62,000 nt of DNA from Wallemia ichthyophaga EXF-994 (Eukaryota > Fungi > Basidiomycota). The stretch spans positions 20,001 to 82,000 of the forward strand of contig NW_008806285.1 of the NCBI RefSeq assembly GCF_000400465.1, read 5' to 3'. Below, piece after piece: positions 1 through 11,367 of the stretch. The translations under genes were made by a program, and so were the position numbers. The notes below the pieces were generated by a model. It saw only the letters and a list, made by a program, of their open reading frames with translations, did not search any database and was not told the origin of the DNA. Positions within the stretch are counted from its first letter, which is position 1, and every line of letters begins with the position of its first letter.

Positions 1-2018
1 GACGCTACGTTCTCAAAGGTGGGCTCAGTTGTCGATTCATTCAAAATACTAATAATCTTAATCAGATAGACAAGATTGATCCAAAGTACTTCTGTCATTC
101 AAAGCGTCTGGATATCTCAGATGAAACAAAGATAAAAGCTGACAAAAGTGAATCTGATGCCTACTACAACGAAAACTCTAAAGAAGGTGAGACAATCATT
201 TCCGTTTGTGCGAGTTAGCTAACACACTCAAGACAAACCTGTCAACTTTATTAGCGAAATTTTCTACTTGTGTCTTGCATTCCATTACCTCGGCTATCAC
301 TGTGCGCAGCGTCAATCAGGCAGTCTTAAAAAGCACATTGATATGGTTGAGCCTCAGCTCAAATCTCAGAGAGAGCAACTTTTGAATGACCCTCGCTTTG
401 CTCCAGGTACACCGGGTAGAATGTTTGCAGAGAAGCAGCTCGAGAAACAAGAAGTTTTACTCAAGGAACGCAAAGCTGCTGTTGCTTCTTCATGGATTCA
501 ACTAGATGATCCTTCTTCGATGTACAGAATCTTGGGATTCTACTCGTTCGCGACTACTTGGATTGTGAGATTCGTAGATCCATCCCATCAACATCCTCAA
601 AAGCTCATCAGCTTACCACTACCCGAAGAAATTCCAATCGAGTTCAAGATGTTGCCCGAATACATCTTAGAATCTACAGTCGATTTCTTCATTCAATTGA
701 CAAGGCATCAGCCACATCTTCTTGAAAGCTCAGGTAAAGAAGAATTGATGAATTTCTTGGTCACCTTTGTCTGTACTCCAAAGTATATTGGAAATCCATA
801 CAGTCGCAACAAGATAGTTGAAATCATGTGGAATGGTACTCACCCATATGGGTACTCAAGAAGCGGTGTATTGAGTGACAGCATCAACTACCATAAACTC
901 TCATTAGAGCATTTGATGCCATCACTCATGTCATTCTATATTGATGTCGAACGCACAGGTGTCTCTAGTCAATTTTACGACAGATTAAATGTTCGCTACA
1001 ACATCGCCAGACTTCTTAAAGTGATTTGGAACAATCCAACACATCGTGACAAACTCAAACAAGATACAATGAATAGCGAAAAGTTTGTCAGATTTACTAA
1101 TTTGGTTATGAACGACTCAACGTATTTATTGGATGAAGCTTTGGGTAAGTTGGCATCAGTAAGACACTATGAAGATGAAATTGCGTCACCTGGATTCTCG
1201 AACAAGCCTGATAATGAGAGAGAGGAGATGGTACAATCGTTGCAAGAGTCAGGTAGAGCTGCCGGTAGCTATATTGCTTTGGGTGGAGAATCAGTCAGAT
1301 TACTCAAGTCTTTCACATCAGAAGCCAAAGCTGCCTTCATGGCACCAGAGATTGTTGACAGATTGGCAGCAATGCTTTGCTACAACCTCGATGCATTAGC
1401 TGGTCCACGCTGTCAAGAGTTGAAAGTAAATAATCCCGAAAAGTATGGATGGAGACCTAGACAACTTCTCAATGATATTATTGACATATTTATTAATCTA
1501 CACGATTGCAAGGAGTTCGTTGAGGGTGTTGCAAAGGATGGCAGAAGTTACTCAAAGGCACTGTTTGAACGTGCAGCCGGCATTCTCAGGCGCAAAGCTA
1601 TTAAGACTGATCAAGAGGTAGACCTAATGGCTCGATTTGTCAGTCACGTTGAGCAAGTCAGAGCTGAGATGATGGAAGAGGATGAGGCTGATATTCCAGA
1701 AGAATATCAAGGTAAGTCTGAATTAAATAATCGACTTAAATAACACATATCTTAGACATGATTATGGCGACACTTATGCGCGATCCAGTCATCTTGCCTG
1801 GCTCAAACGCTGTACTGGACAGATCAACAATCAAGAGTCATTTACTTTCTGACAGTACAGATCCATTCAACAGATCGCCACTAACAATAGATCAAGTAGA
1901 GCCACACACCCAACTCAAAGCAGAAATAGACGACTGGGTGGCCAAACGCAGACAGGCTAAATTAGATGAGATGACAAAAGCTACAAATGCCAATGATGTA
2001 TTACCACCACAGAATTGA
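1..2018 (+). CDS. UFD2: Ubiquitin conjugation factor E4 (U-box), 5' end outside window, multi-exon
   Basis: ORF 268..1743 has Ufd2 core motifs ([43 protein letters not shown]); after a GTAAGT intron at about 1711 the last exon encodes a U-box (LMRDPVILP...[22 protein letters not shown]). Confidence 0.93.
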
Positions 2019-2393
2019 ATGATGATAAATGAAATTTCTACATTCCAAGCATTTTAGTTAGTGAAAATTATCACATGCCACCTAGCCATAAGGAAGGTAT
2101 TCAAATGAAAGAATCTAGTTAGTGTGATCTCATCTTTGACGATGGAGTATTCATACCCTTGTCTTAACTAGTTTTAGCACGCGTTTGAGTTTAGCAGTCT
2201 TTAAAGATGTTCAAATAAGCCATCTTCAAACCTCATCTTCATCTTCACGCTCATTCAATCTTTAATCTAAGCCTTCTCTTTAGACTATCATCCAAAGACT
2301 TTCTTATAAGTTCATTTGTCAAGTCACTCGTTACAGCAAAGACAAGTAAATAGTGAAGCGATTCGTATCTCTTTATAACGTAAAATAAAAGCG

Positions 2394-4104
2394 ATGTCCA
2401 ACAAATTAATGAAGAAGCAAGTGAGTTTCAATGTTGAGTGTTGGCTTGATTATGTCTGACTATCATAGGTTGCCGGCACCGCTGGATCAGCAGTCGGCAC
2501 TACAGCAGGTGGAGGAGGTAGTGGCTCATACAATGATGGATCCTACCACGGTGTTGGTGCACAAAGCGGCCCAGCTGCAGGTGCTGGCACAGGCGCTTCG
2601 ACGGGCTCAACAACTGGTGCTCAATCTGGAGCAGCTGGCATCGGTCCAGGTCCAGCTGCAGGTGGAACCACAGGCAAGGCTACAGGAGGTACCACAGGAT
2701 CAACAACTAGCGGATCATCAGGATCATCAAGCGATACTGACACAACTAGCTCTTCCAGTAGCTCAGATACGGATGATCCAGCAGATTCATCAAAGGCCCC
2801 TGTTACAGCCGGTAGCACCAACTCTGGCGTCAAGCAGCCAGCTGACGATCCACCTGCCAATGAGGATGAAACACCAGACAATGAGATCACGATACCAGAC
2901 GATGATAAACCAACTGAAAGTGAAAAAGACGCATCCGAGTCTATCACTAACTCAATCGTCCACTCTATGTCCTCTTCATCACAGTCAGCTTCTCCAACAG
3001 CAACACCGTCCATGTCTGCATCGGAGGAGGAAAAAGACGAAGATGACAACAAGGGTTTAAAGATCGCTTTGCCTATCATCCTTGGTCTATTGTTTATTCT
3101 GTTCTTGATCTGGGTTGGTAAGCGTGTCGTCAAGAAGAAGTTTGCTGGTAAAAAGAACAAGCCAACAAACATCGACTTCAATGATGCCGCTAAAAGTCAA
3201 GAAACACTTGATGAGGTGAGTTTCTATTTTGTTGATAATTGTCTTACTAATCTATGTTTCGCAGAAATCACCATTGCCTCCACCAGGATTTGCAGGCGCT
3301 GGTGCACCATTGTTAGACCGTAGGGGAAGCACTCATTCATCATACAATGGTGCTCCTCCATTGATGCATGCCAACTCAACAGGCAGCCACGGCGATTACT
3401 TGAGTGCATACAACCCTAACATGTCAACATACAGCTTTAACAACCTTGGTGGACAAAGACGTCAGGCATCGCCAGTTCCTCCATATGGTCAACACCCACA
3501 CAATGGAATGTCGAGATCAATGTCAACTAACTCATACCAAAACGGTCCACCACCACCACAACCACAAAGACCTGGTCCACCACAGTCTAACCCATCAGCA
3601 CCACATTTGCCTGCACTAGCTATACCTGATCCGGAATTGATTCCACTCCCAAGTCCACCACCAAGCGTTTACTCAATGAACCAAATACCAAGCTCACCTC
3701 CAAGACCTGACCAGCAACAACAGTTCAGAGACCCATTCAGAGATCCACCACATAGACAGCAAACAAACAGATCATCCATTGTACCACCCTTACACATCAG
3801 ACCACCGGGCGCAGTCAGAGCTAGGGTATCATTCAAGCCTACTGCCGGTGATGAGCTCTCCATACAGAAGGGAGAGGATGTACAGGTCATCAAGAGATTC
3901 TCTGATGGATGGGCTGAAGTTAAGGCATTGGCTAGTGGCAGAACGGGAGTAATTCCGTTACAGATTCTGGATGACCAGCCTACTACGCCAATGAGCTACG
4001 GACCTCAATCATCCAACAGCTCCCCAAGTAACTATCAAGCGCCTTCTCAGTCCATGTCTCAGCCTCAAGGCTTCCCATCTGCACCGCCATCCAACTTTCA
4101 ATGA
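2394..4104 (+). CDS. Single-pass membrane protein: Gly/Ser/Thr-rich ectodomain, TM helix, Pro-rich cytosolic tail with SH3 (Fus1-like architecture)
   Basis: ATG 2394 (MSNKLMKKQ), introns 2421-2468 and 3216-3264. Exon 2 reads VAGTAGSAVGTTAGGGG... in frame with ORF 2967 (TM IALPIILGLLFILFLIWVG followed by KRVVKKK). SH3 in the last exon (ARVSFKPTAGDELSIQKGEDVQVIKRFSDGWAEV...GVIP). Confidence 0.8.
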
Positions 4105-4302
4105 GCTAAATTCTTTTTGACTTGTTATTCTAATAAATTAATTATATTATAAATAATTACATGTTTCACTAGCGCGAGTTTTCTGAGACCGAATGTAGAA
4201 TTTATCTACTTATACAACAATAAGATAAATGAAAAAGCATTTGAAAAGCTTCCTTGATGTAAATAATTTGAAGTGGATATCTGATATTACTAGTATCTGC
4301 GC

Positions 4303-5354
4303 CTATAATATTTCTGCCTCTTTGTCGGAGAATAAGTAATCAAAGTAGGCTCTATTCTCATCAACGTTGATGTCTGCGTCCTCGAAGTTGGCATCATTAA
4401 TATCAGGATCTCTATTTAGTTTGTTTACTGGTGAGTCGAATCTTGGCATGATTTTGTTAGATTTGCTAGTGACACCACGTGGTTGTAAAGTAGAGTTCTG
4501 TGATTGCCACAAATAGTTGAGTGATTCGACGCCTTAGCTTTCTCACCGACTCCGTTGTCAATGTCGTAGAACTGACCAAAATATCTTCCAGCTTGAGTAG
4601 TGACACCAACAATAGATACTGAGACATCTGCATGATCTTCAAGCCATACTCCTAGCTTGTCTCGGAGAAACTCAGACACGTAAGAGCTGAACGTAATTTG
4701 AGAGGGGAACTCAACAACGTAAATCGTCGACTGGGTAAGATTTGGACATCCTCTGATCATTATTGATGGCTATTCACCTTCGTTTTCCATAAACATTACT
4801 CTAAGAATACCAAAAGAAAGCACAGTAATGTTCTCTCGATTGAAGGGAAACCCCTCACCAAATTATTTTCGCTGTTTAAGTAAGTAAGCTTATTGATGTT
4901 TAAGTTCATGATTGATGAAGTGATTTCCTCAATTTGGTCCAGGCGCCGTCGTTCGTGATGTTTTTTACGTAGTCGGTGTAGAGATACTGCTAATTGATTT
5001 CATTTCATACAGCTTGTAATTAGTGTTTGCCACATTTTTGAGAAATTCAAAAATTGCAGCCGCATCCTCCTTTTCGATCAAGCACTTTAAGCGTCTCAGT
5101 TTGAAGTGGGGTCTGATGACGACATTACTATATCTTTGAGGTACATCGAACCTGACAAGCTCGGAACATAAGCGAGATAAAGCAGACAAGGAGCTCTTAT
5201 CGAGGAAATCCATGATCATCAGCTTGATTTCATTGGGTAACGCCAAATATTTGAATCCTTCGATGGACCACTTCTGCTTGCGCCTTCCTCTATTTGAATC
5301 GCTTTTAGCCTTCGTTGGTTTTGCTTTGCTAGTTGCCTTCTTCTATGGTAGCAT
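4303..5354 (-). pseudogene. Probably disabled F-box domain gene
   Basis: ATG 5354 gives M-L-P-TAG(5343-45)-KKATSKAKPTK...FKYLALPNEIKLMIMDFLDKSSLSALSRLC (F-box LP.EI...I..FL...L..LS.LC pattern). The frame then stops at 4965, and the downstream fragments (4425..4760, and 4303..4512 joined by a plausible 53-nt GTCGGT..CAG intron) cannot be joined cleanly to it. Confidence 0.5.
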
Positions 5355-5716
5355 GGAGGTGGTGACTGCCTACAAACAAAGAGCGAGGGCTCATCGATTG
5401 GGTGGAAGATATGAAAATCAGAGTGTAGGAGCATTTGAGTAAATATTTTTAAAAACCGAATTGCTGCTATCGTAAAATTGCCGAATCTTACTTCTTTGAG
5501 TCTTTGCCCACTTATCTAAATGCAACCAGTAAAGAAGAATCCATCTGTACAAAATTCCTATAGCATTGGTTTGAAATGTTGTTGAGTATACGCCTATCTT
5601 GTCCACTTGCTCTCCTAAATTTTTCTTTCAGGGTCCGCTCATCGGCTTACCAATTTATTTGGTCCTAGGCCGAGATCGACGATAATTGACAAGAGAGACC
5701 ATAAGAACTCACACAA

Positions 5717-6238
5717 ATGCTTCGGGGACTACTTGGAGCTGCTTTCAGCGACATATCGACAGCTAATAACATCACAGAGATCCCTTTTGCAAGGAAATAT
5801 ACTTGTCTGACATCTTTGTTCCAAAATCTAAGATTAGACTCCCACCTCCCTTTCGAAAAGCTCAATGTTGAAATATATTTCTATTTTCGCAGGATCGACA
5901 ATGTGTTTTCCAAACTGCTCAGATTTAAGACATTGAAAGCTAAAATTTCTAACGAAAGGGACTTGGAATAATTGCATGAGCATGTATAGTTCAAATACGT
6001 GGTACTAATCATCACTCAGTATTGAATATTCGACTTCATGGGTGAACTGCTTGGTGGATTATTTTCAAACGCGTCAAACATCCTCGTTGTGGTCTTACAA
6101 CACAAGATATGCCCACTATCATTGAATGTGATATACACAGTAACAACAGCAGCAAAATGCGATTACTCGTTGTTCGGCGTCCATGCCATTGCTTCAAAGT
6201 GTGAGATTGCGCATCTAATTTACCACTTAGACACTTAA
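5717..6238 (+). pseudogene. Possible degenerate ORF remnant of unknown family
   Basis: ORFs 5717..5971 and 6038..6238 are in the same frame, separated by TAA 5969, a 36-nt intron-like element (GTATAG..CTAAT..CAG, 5984-6019) and TGA 6023. No recognisable domain. Confidence 0.25.
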
Positions 6239-6470
6239 AAATGTTCTACAATGATGGCACATCCAATAAAAAAAAACTGACAAATACAGACTCCTCAGTT
6301 ATGAGATCTTCATAATAAGCATTAAACCTTGAACACAATCCTATGTTGAGTCAGATTGTGTATTCCGTTCCAAGGATTTCCGGAAATTAGAAAAGCAACA
6401 ATGCCGCACCCAATATCACTAATTACGTTTGTACAACTCTTACAATTTGAAAAAATACATAATCTCTATC

Positions 6471-8183
6471 TTACAATGGCAGCACGTCATTCGCATTGAC
6501 ATGACGAAGCGGATCATCCTCATCGAGTTTGACCAGCCTCTGCGCTTCAATATCTTCAGCTGTGACTTTACCACCGTCGACTTTGGCTGCTTCTTCCTCT
6601 AATTCGACTCTGCTTAGTTTGTTCTCCTTTCTTCTTCGCTCACGATCGACTGCTATCTTGAGTTTATCGTTATCCAAATCACCCAGTGCTTGTGGGTCTT
6701 TTGTAAATCCGTACTTATTGCCATCTCGCTCTGCCCTGCCCTTCAAATCAGCAGTACCAGCAGCAATCTTGTCTTTGTGCTGATCTGCGAGTGATTTCTG
6801 CGGTTTAGATGCTTCCTCAATCTCGTGTCTGGAGAAGGTCGTCTTGGCAGCCTCTTTGCCTGCTTCGCCCTGGCAGTATGATGTGTATATCGTTGAGTGA
6901 CAGCACTTGTATCCCCAAGATTTACTTTGCACACTAAACCACGAACCGAACACTGAGCTGTGATTTCCAGGGAAGACTATAATTGGTTAGAGAGATATCA
7001 TAGTAAAACATTTTAACGCACCATCCTCCTCGTATTTAGATTTGGCAACAGCCCTCTCCTTTCCTTTAAGTAGCTGACCAGATCTCGAATACTCAACATA
7101 CTCATCGGTCTGACCCAAGCGAATCTCTCTCGGTATATTAGACGCACTGAGGTACTCTTCACCTCCGTATCTGTTGAGCATGCTATTTTTGTGCGTATCC
7201 TTGATTTCTTCTTTCTTCACCTTGAATGCACCATGAGCCATTTCAGTGGCTGTTGGATTGGCTTGAACGTGCATATCATGTCCACGGCTTGCAGACTGCC
7301 ATGCAAAGAGTTGTGTGTTTTGTATACCGGCAGCATCACCACTATCTCTGACGTAATTTTCACCAGCGAACGCACTATCTTCAGGCTTAACGTCGGAATG
7401 AGGAGCCTCTCTCATAGATCTAGTTTTTGGATCATAATGTGCCGATTCGATATCTAAATTCATCAGGTATTTCGCTGTATCTTCTCTTATACGCAGATTT
7501 CTAACCGTGATCCGGTTATTAGCGTCGACGTTCTGACCGACAGCGTCAGCATTATCAGCGTATTTATCCTCATCATCTTCGTCTTCATCTGAGCTACCGA
7601 ACTCATCCTTGATCTTCTGCTTGCCTGCGTCAACGACTTTTTTGGCCGCGGAAATGCTATTCTGCTTATCAAGCTCATCTTCTTGAATACGTCGCCGTTC
7701 ATCCTCAACGGCGGCATATTCTTCAACGACTCTTTTATGTGAAGATGGATCATAGCCGTTCCATCTATCTCTTTTAGCGTCGAAATCGGTGGCAATGTCA
7801 TGTACGACATCATCCGCTTGAGTGACGCTGTTAGTTTTATTAGCACCACGTTTCCGGGGCCTCTCAACGCAATCCTTCTTAGAGTGACCCATTGCACCGC
7901 AATTCTCACAAGCGCCTTTCCTAAAACGCTGGGCTTTGTAGCCTTTGGCAGAACGATCGTACCACTTGTTAAGTTTATCGGCAGAGCTGTCGTACTCTCT
8001 ATTGAGACGCTGGTGACCAAGACCAGGCTTGCCCGTGTCCATGTACCAAGGAGCTTGTGATATGTATTGTGGGATGTGAGGATTGATTGGTTTTCCATCC
8101 TCGTCGAGCTCTGCGGGAGCTGTGCCTGCTTTGCGTGCCTCTTCGAGCTCACGCTTCTTTCTAAGCTCCTCACGCGCGGACAT
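6471..8183 (-). CDS. SLU7: Pre-mRNA splicing factor Slu7
   Basis: ARKAGTAPAELDEDGKPINPHIPQYISQAPWY, zinc knuckle GACENCGAMGHSKKDC, RNLRIREDTAKYL, WGYKCCHS; one intron at about 6973-7020. Confidence 0.95.
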
Positions 8184-8211
8184 TGCAGTTGTTGGTGGTT
8201 AAAGGCAAACG

Positions 8212-9827
8212 ATGAAGCTGCTGAAAAAGTACATAGAAAGGGACAAGTCTGTGAGTAATTACTGTATTGTGATTGGTTTATTTAAATAGCTCATCTTATT
8301 AGGGCTGGGTAACGCTCCTCCCTGAAGAAGTACGCCTGATATCCAGTCTACGCAGAATTCTGATATGACGCAGGACGAAGACCTTTGGCATTGCTACAAT
8401 CTTATTGGACCCGGCGACCAAGTCAGGGCTGGTGCGATAAGGTGTGTACTGTTGTGACTCCCACTGCCACCGACTCTCATTCTCACTCAACTTAGACGTG
8501 TAGTGAATACATCGTCCACCGGCTCTACGGATTCCCAGCGCGTTAAACTCACGCTGACTATCGAGGTCGAGAAAACGTTCTTTAGTCCTTCTGCAACGTC
8601 CACCACGGAATCCACCCCAGGCACATCCAACCAACCACCACAGAATGCTCAGCTTCAGTTGTCTGGACGCGTTACAAGTGAGAATCCACACGTTAAGCTC
8701 GGTGCTTTCCATACGCTTGATTTGGAGTCGATGAGGGACTTCAAACTCGGCAAGGGGCCGGATGGTTGGGATAGTATCAATCTACAGCGAGTTGAGGAGG
8801 CTAGTGCGGAAGGTGCTGGCGCAGAAGTTGCTGCTGTACTCGTTGGAGAAGGTGGGTGTCTTTTCTCCCACTTTTAGTTGCCAACGCCAAGTGAAACAGG
8901 CAACGCTGCCATTTGTTTGCTCACCAATCATATGACGGTGGTTAAGCAGCGTATTGATGCACAGATTCCACGTAAACGAAAAGGCATGTCTTCAGCCCAT
9001 GAGAAGGTTTGTCCTCTTTTCTTGTCTTTCATCCCATATCTCAACAAATCAAGGCAACGGAAAAATTTCATGAACAGCTCGCAGCTGCATTCAGTAAACA
9101 TATCCTTCCTCTCAGTACAAACCTTCGCGTTATTTTATTCGCAGGTGCTTCATTTGCCAGAGACTCCTTCGTCAAAACTCTCCTAGACAATGCACAACAC
9201 AATGGCGACAAGAGCATTCTGACACTTCGACCCAAGTTTTTAAAAGTTAACACTGGCTCAGCGAATGTACATGCTCTAAACGAGGCTCTTAAAAGTCCTG
9301 AAGTTGCAAACCAGCTGAAAGATACTAAATTTGCACGTGAGGGTATGATGCTTGATAAGTAGGTCAGTGTTAATTTGATGGGCCACTCCTAATCATAAAT
9401 TAAGGTTCAATAAGATGCTAATCACTGATGAGAACCGCGCTTGGTATGGCCCTGACCACGTCCAGAAAGCTATAGACAGAGGTGCAGTGGGCACACTTCT
9501 AATCTCTGACTCACTCTTCAGGTGGGTGTGCGTTACTGCTCTCATAACTTTTTAACCTCAACAGATCACAAAACGTTGCTGAAAGGAAGCGCTTCGTTAG
9601 GATGGTTGAAGATGTTAGGGGTTTAGGTGGTACTGAGGTGTTAATTTTTAGTGCAATGCACGAATCAGGACATAGTGAGTGTTTTTTCCAGTGCTTTTTT
9701 TTTGCTAACGGATTGTCAAGAACTTGATCTCTTGTCGGGTATTGCTGCACTGTTGACTTACCCACTCGACATAGAAATGGTGGAATTAGAAGAAGAAAAC
9801 GAGAAAGCTGAAGATAAGCAACACTAG
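8212..9827 (+). CDS. DOM34: Pelota/Dom34 ribosome rescue factor, multi-exon
   Basis: [13 protein letters not shown] start; exons encode [66 protein letters not shown]. Confidence 0.92.
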
Positions 9828-10002
9828 TTACTATAAAGCGCTTTTCTATATTTTAAGATGTACGATGGACTCTAATTAGTAGTACAAATAAAGTATGCAA
9901 ACAAAAGTACATTGCATTGAGTTTACGAAGAGCTTTATGTAATACAACCAAATTAAATTTGAGAAAGAGGAAGAGAAGATATTTTACTGCTATTGTGCCA
10001 GC

Positions 10003-11209
10003 TTAAGCTTGTTGAGTTTGTTGGAGTGGAGAAGGAGCAGCTTGGATTTTGTTTTCGTAGGTGTCTTCGACATTCTCATAAGGTCTCATTGGTTGAAGGC
10101 CCCACTTTTCAAACAGCTCAGCGTCCTGATCTTTCTCGACACCGTCTGTAGTAAGCATGTAGCCTGAGAAGATGGCATTAGCACCTGACATGAAACACAT
10201 TGCTTGTTCAGCATCAGTAAACATCTTTCTTCCTGCTGCTATTCTGACAATTGACTTTGGCATGACGATTCTAGCTGTTGCGATCGTTCTGACGACCTCC
10301 TCAACTGCAACCGGGGTGTTGTTTTCCAATGGTGTGCCCTTTATTGGAACGAGTGCGTTGACAGGGAAAGACTCTGGATGTTCAGGGAGACGGGAGAGTT
10401 CCCAGATCAAACCAACCCTGTCATCTTGCTGCTCACCAAGACCGAGAATACCACCTGAGCAGACGCTGATTCCTGCGTCTCTGACATTTGAGATAGTGCT
10501 CAACCTGTCATCGTATGAACGAGATGTGATGACCTGGAATTTTATTAGATAAAGCAACGTAAACGCGCAAGCCACTAACCTCCGGGTAGTATTCTCTTGA
10601 AGTGTCTAAGTTATGGTTGTATGCAGTGAGGCCGGCATCTTTCAAAGCTATAGCTTGCTCAGACGAGAGCATACCAAGCGTGGTGCAGACTTCCATACCC
10701 ATACCCTTGATCTCCCTAACCATGGCCAAGATTCTATCGAAACCACGCTTGCGACCGCCTACATCTCTCCAAGCTGCGCCCATACAGAAACGGGTAGAAC
10801 CCGCATTTTTAGCGCGCTTAGCTTCTTGAATGACAGGATCTAAAGCGAGTAGCTTTCCAGCCTCAGTGCCAGTACTGTATCTGCTAGACTGAGAGCAATA
10901 GCTACAGTCTTCTGAACAACCGCCAGTTTTGATGTTCATAAGAGTGCACAGCTGAACCTTTCCAGGCTCGTGGTACATGCGGTGTACGCTGGCTGCTCTG
11001 TAAACCAATTCGAGGAGAGGCTGTTGGTATATAGCCTGGATATCATTCCTATTCCAGTCATTGCGTATATCACCATCCTTGTGCTCCTTCGAGCTATTTA
11101 CTGGTCCGTTGGGGGTAAATGGATGGGGATTGAGTTGAGTTGCAAGGCTTCTCGACTGAACTAGTATTTTAAATTGCTGGCGTGGCTTGAATAGGTGCTT
11201 GTTGATCAT
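10003..11209 (-). CDS. BIO2: Biotin synthase (radical SAM), mitochondrial
   Basis: LMNIKTGGCSEDCSYCSQS (CxxxCxxC), RFCMGAAWRD, YNHNLDTSREYY, HPESFPVNALVPIKGTPL, GANAIFSG; basic presequence-like start MINKHLFKPRQQFKILVQSRSLAT. Confidence 0.95.
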
Positions 11210-11367
11210 TTTCTTTTCTTTCTTTTCTCGGTGATGGCCGTCTAGCGTCAACGATAAGCCATCGCAACTTTCCGGCACACTCAAAATCCGATCGAAGGAC
11301 TTTTAGGGACAGCGGCTTTTTCGGAATCAACTGGACTATTAAACATTAGATATCGGATATATTCAAC

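Noticed and set aside
2431-3181. ORFs 2431..3060 (+, Gln-rich) and 2621..3181 (-)
   Set aside because: These are shadow frames of the low-complexity Gly/Ser exon of the TM-SH3 gene; the third frame is continuous with the TM and has proper splice sites.
4130-6470. Transposon or viral insertion in the degenerate island
   Set aside because: No terminal repeats, target-site duplication, or transposase/RT/integrase motifs recognised.
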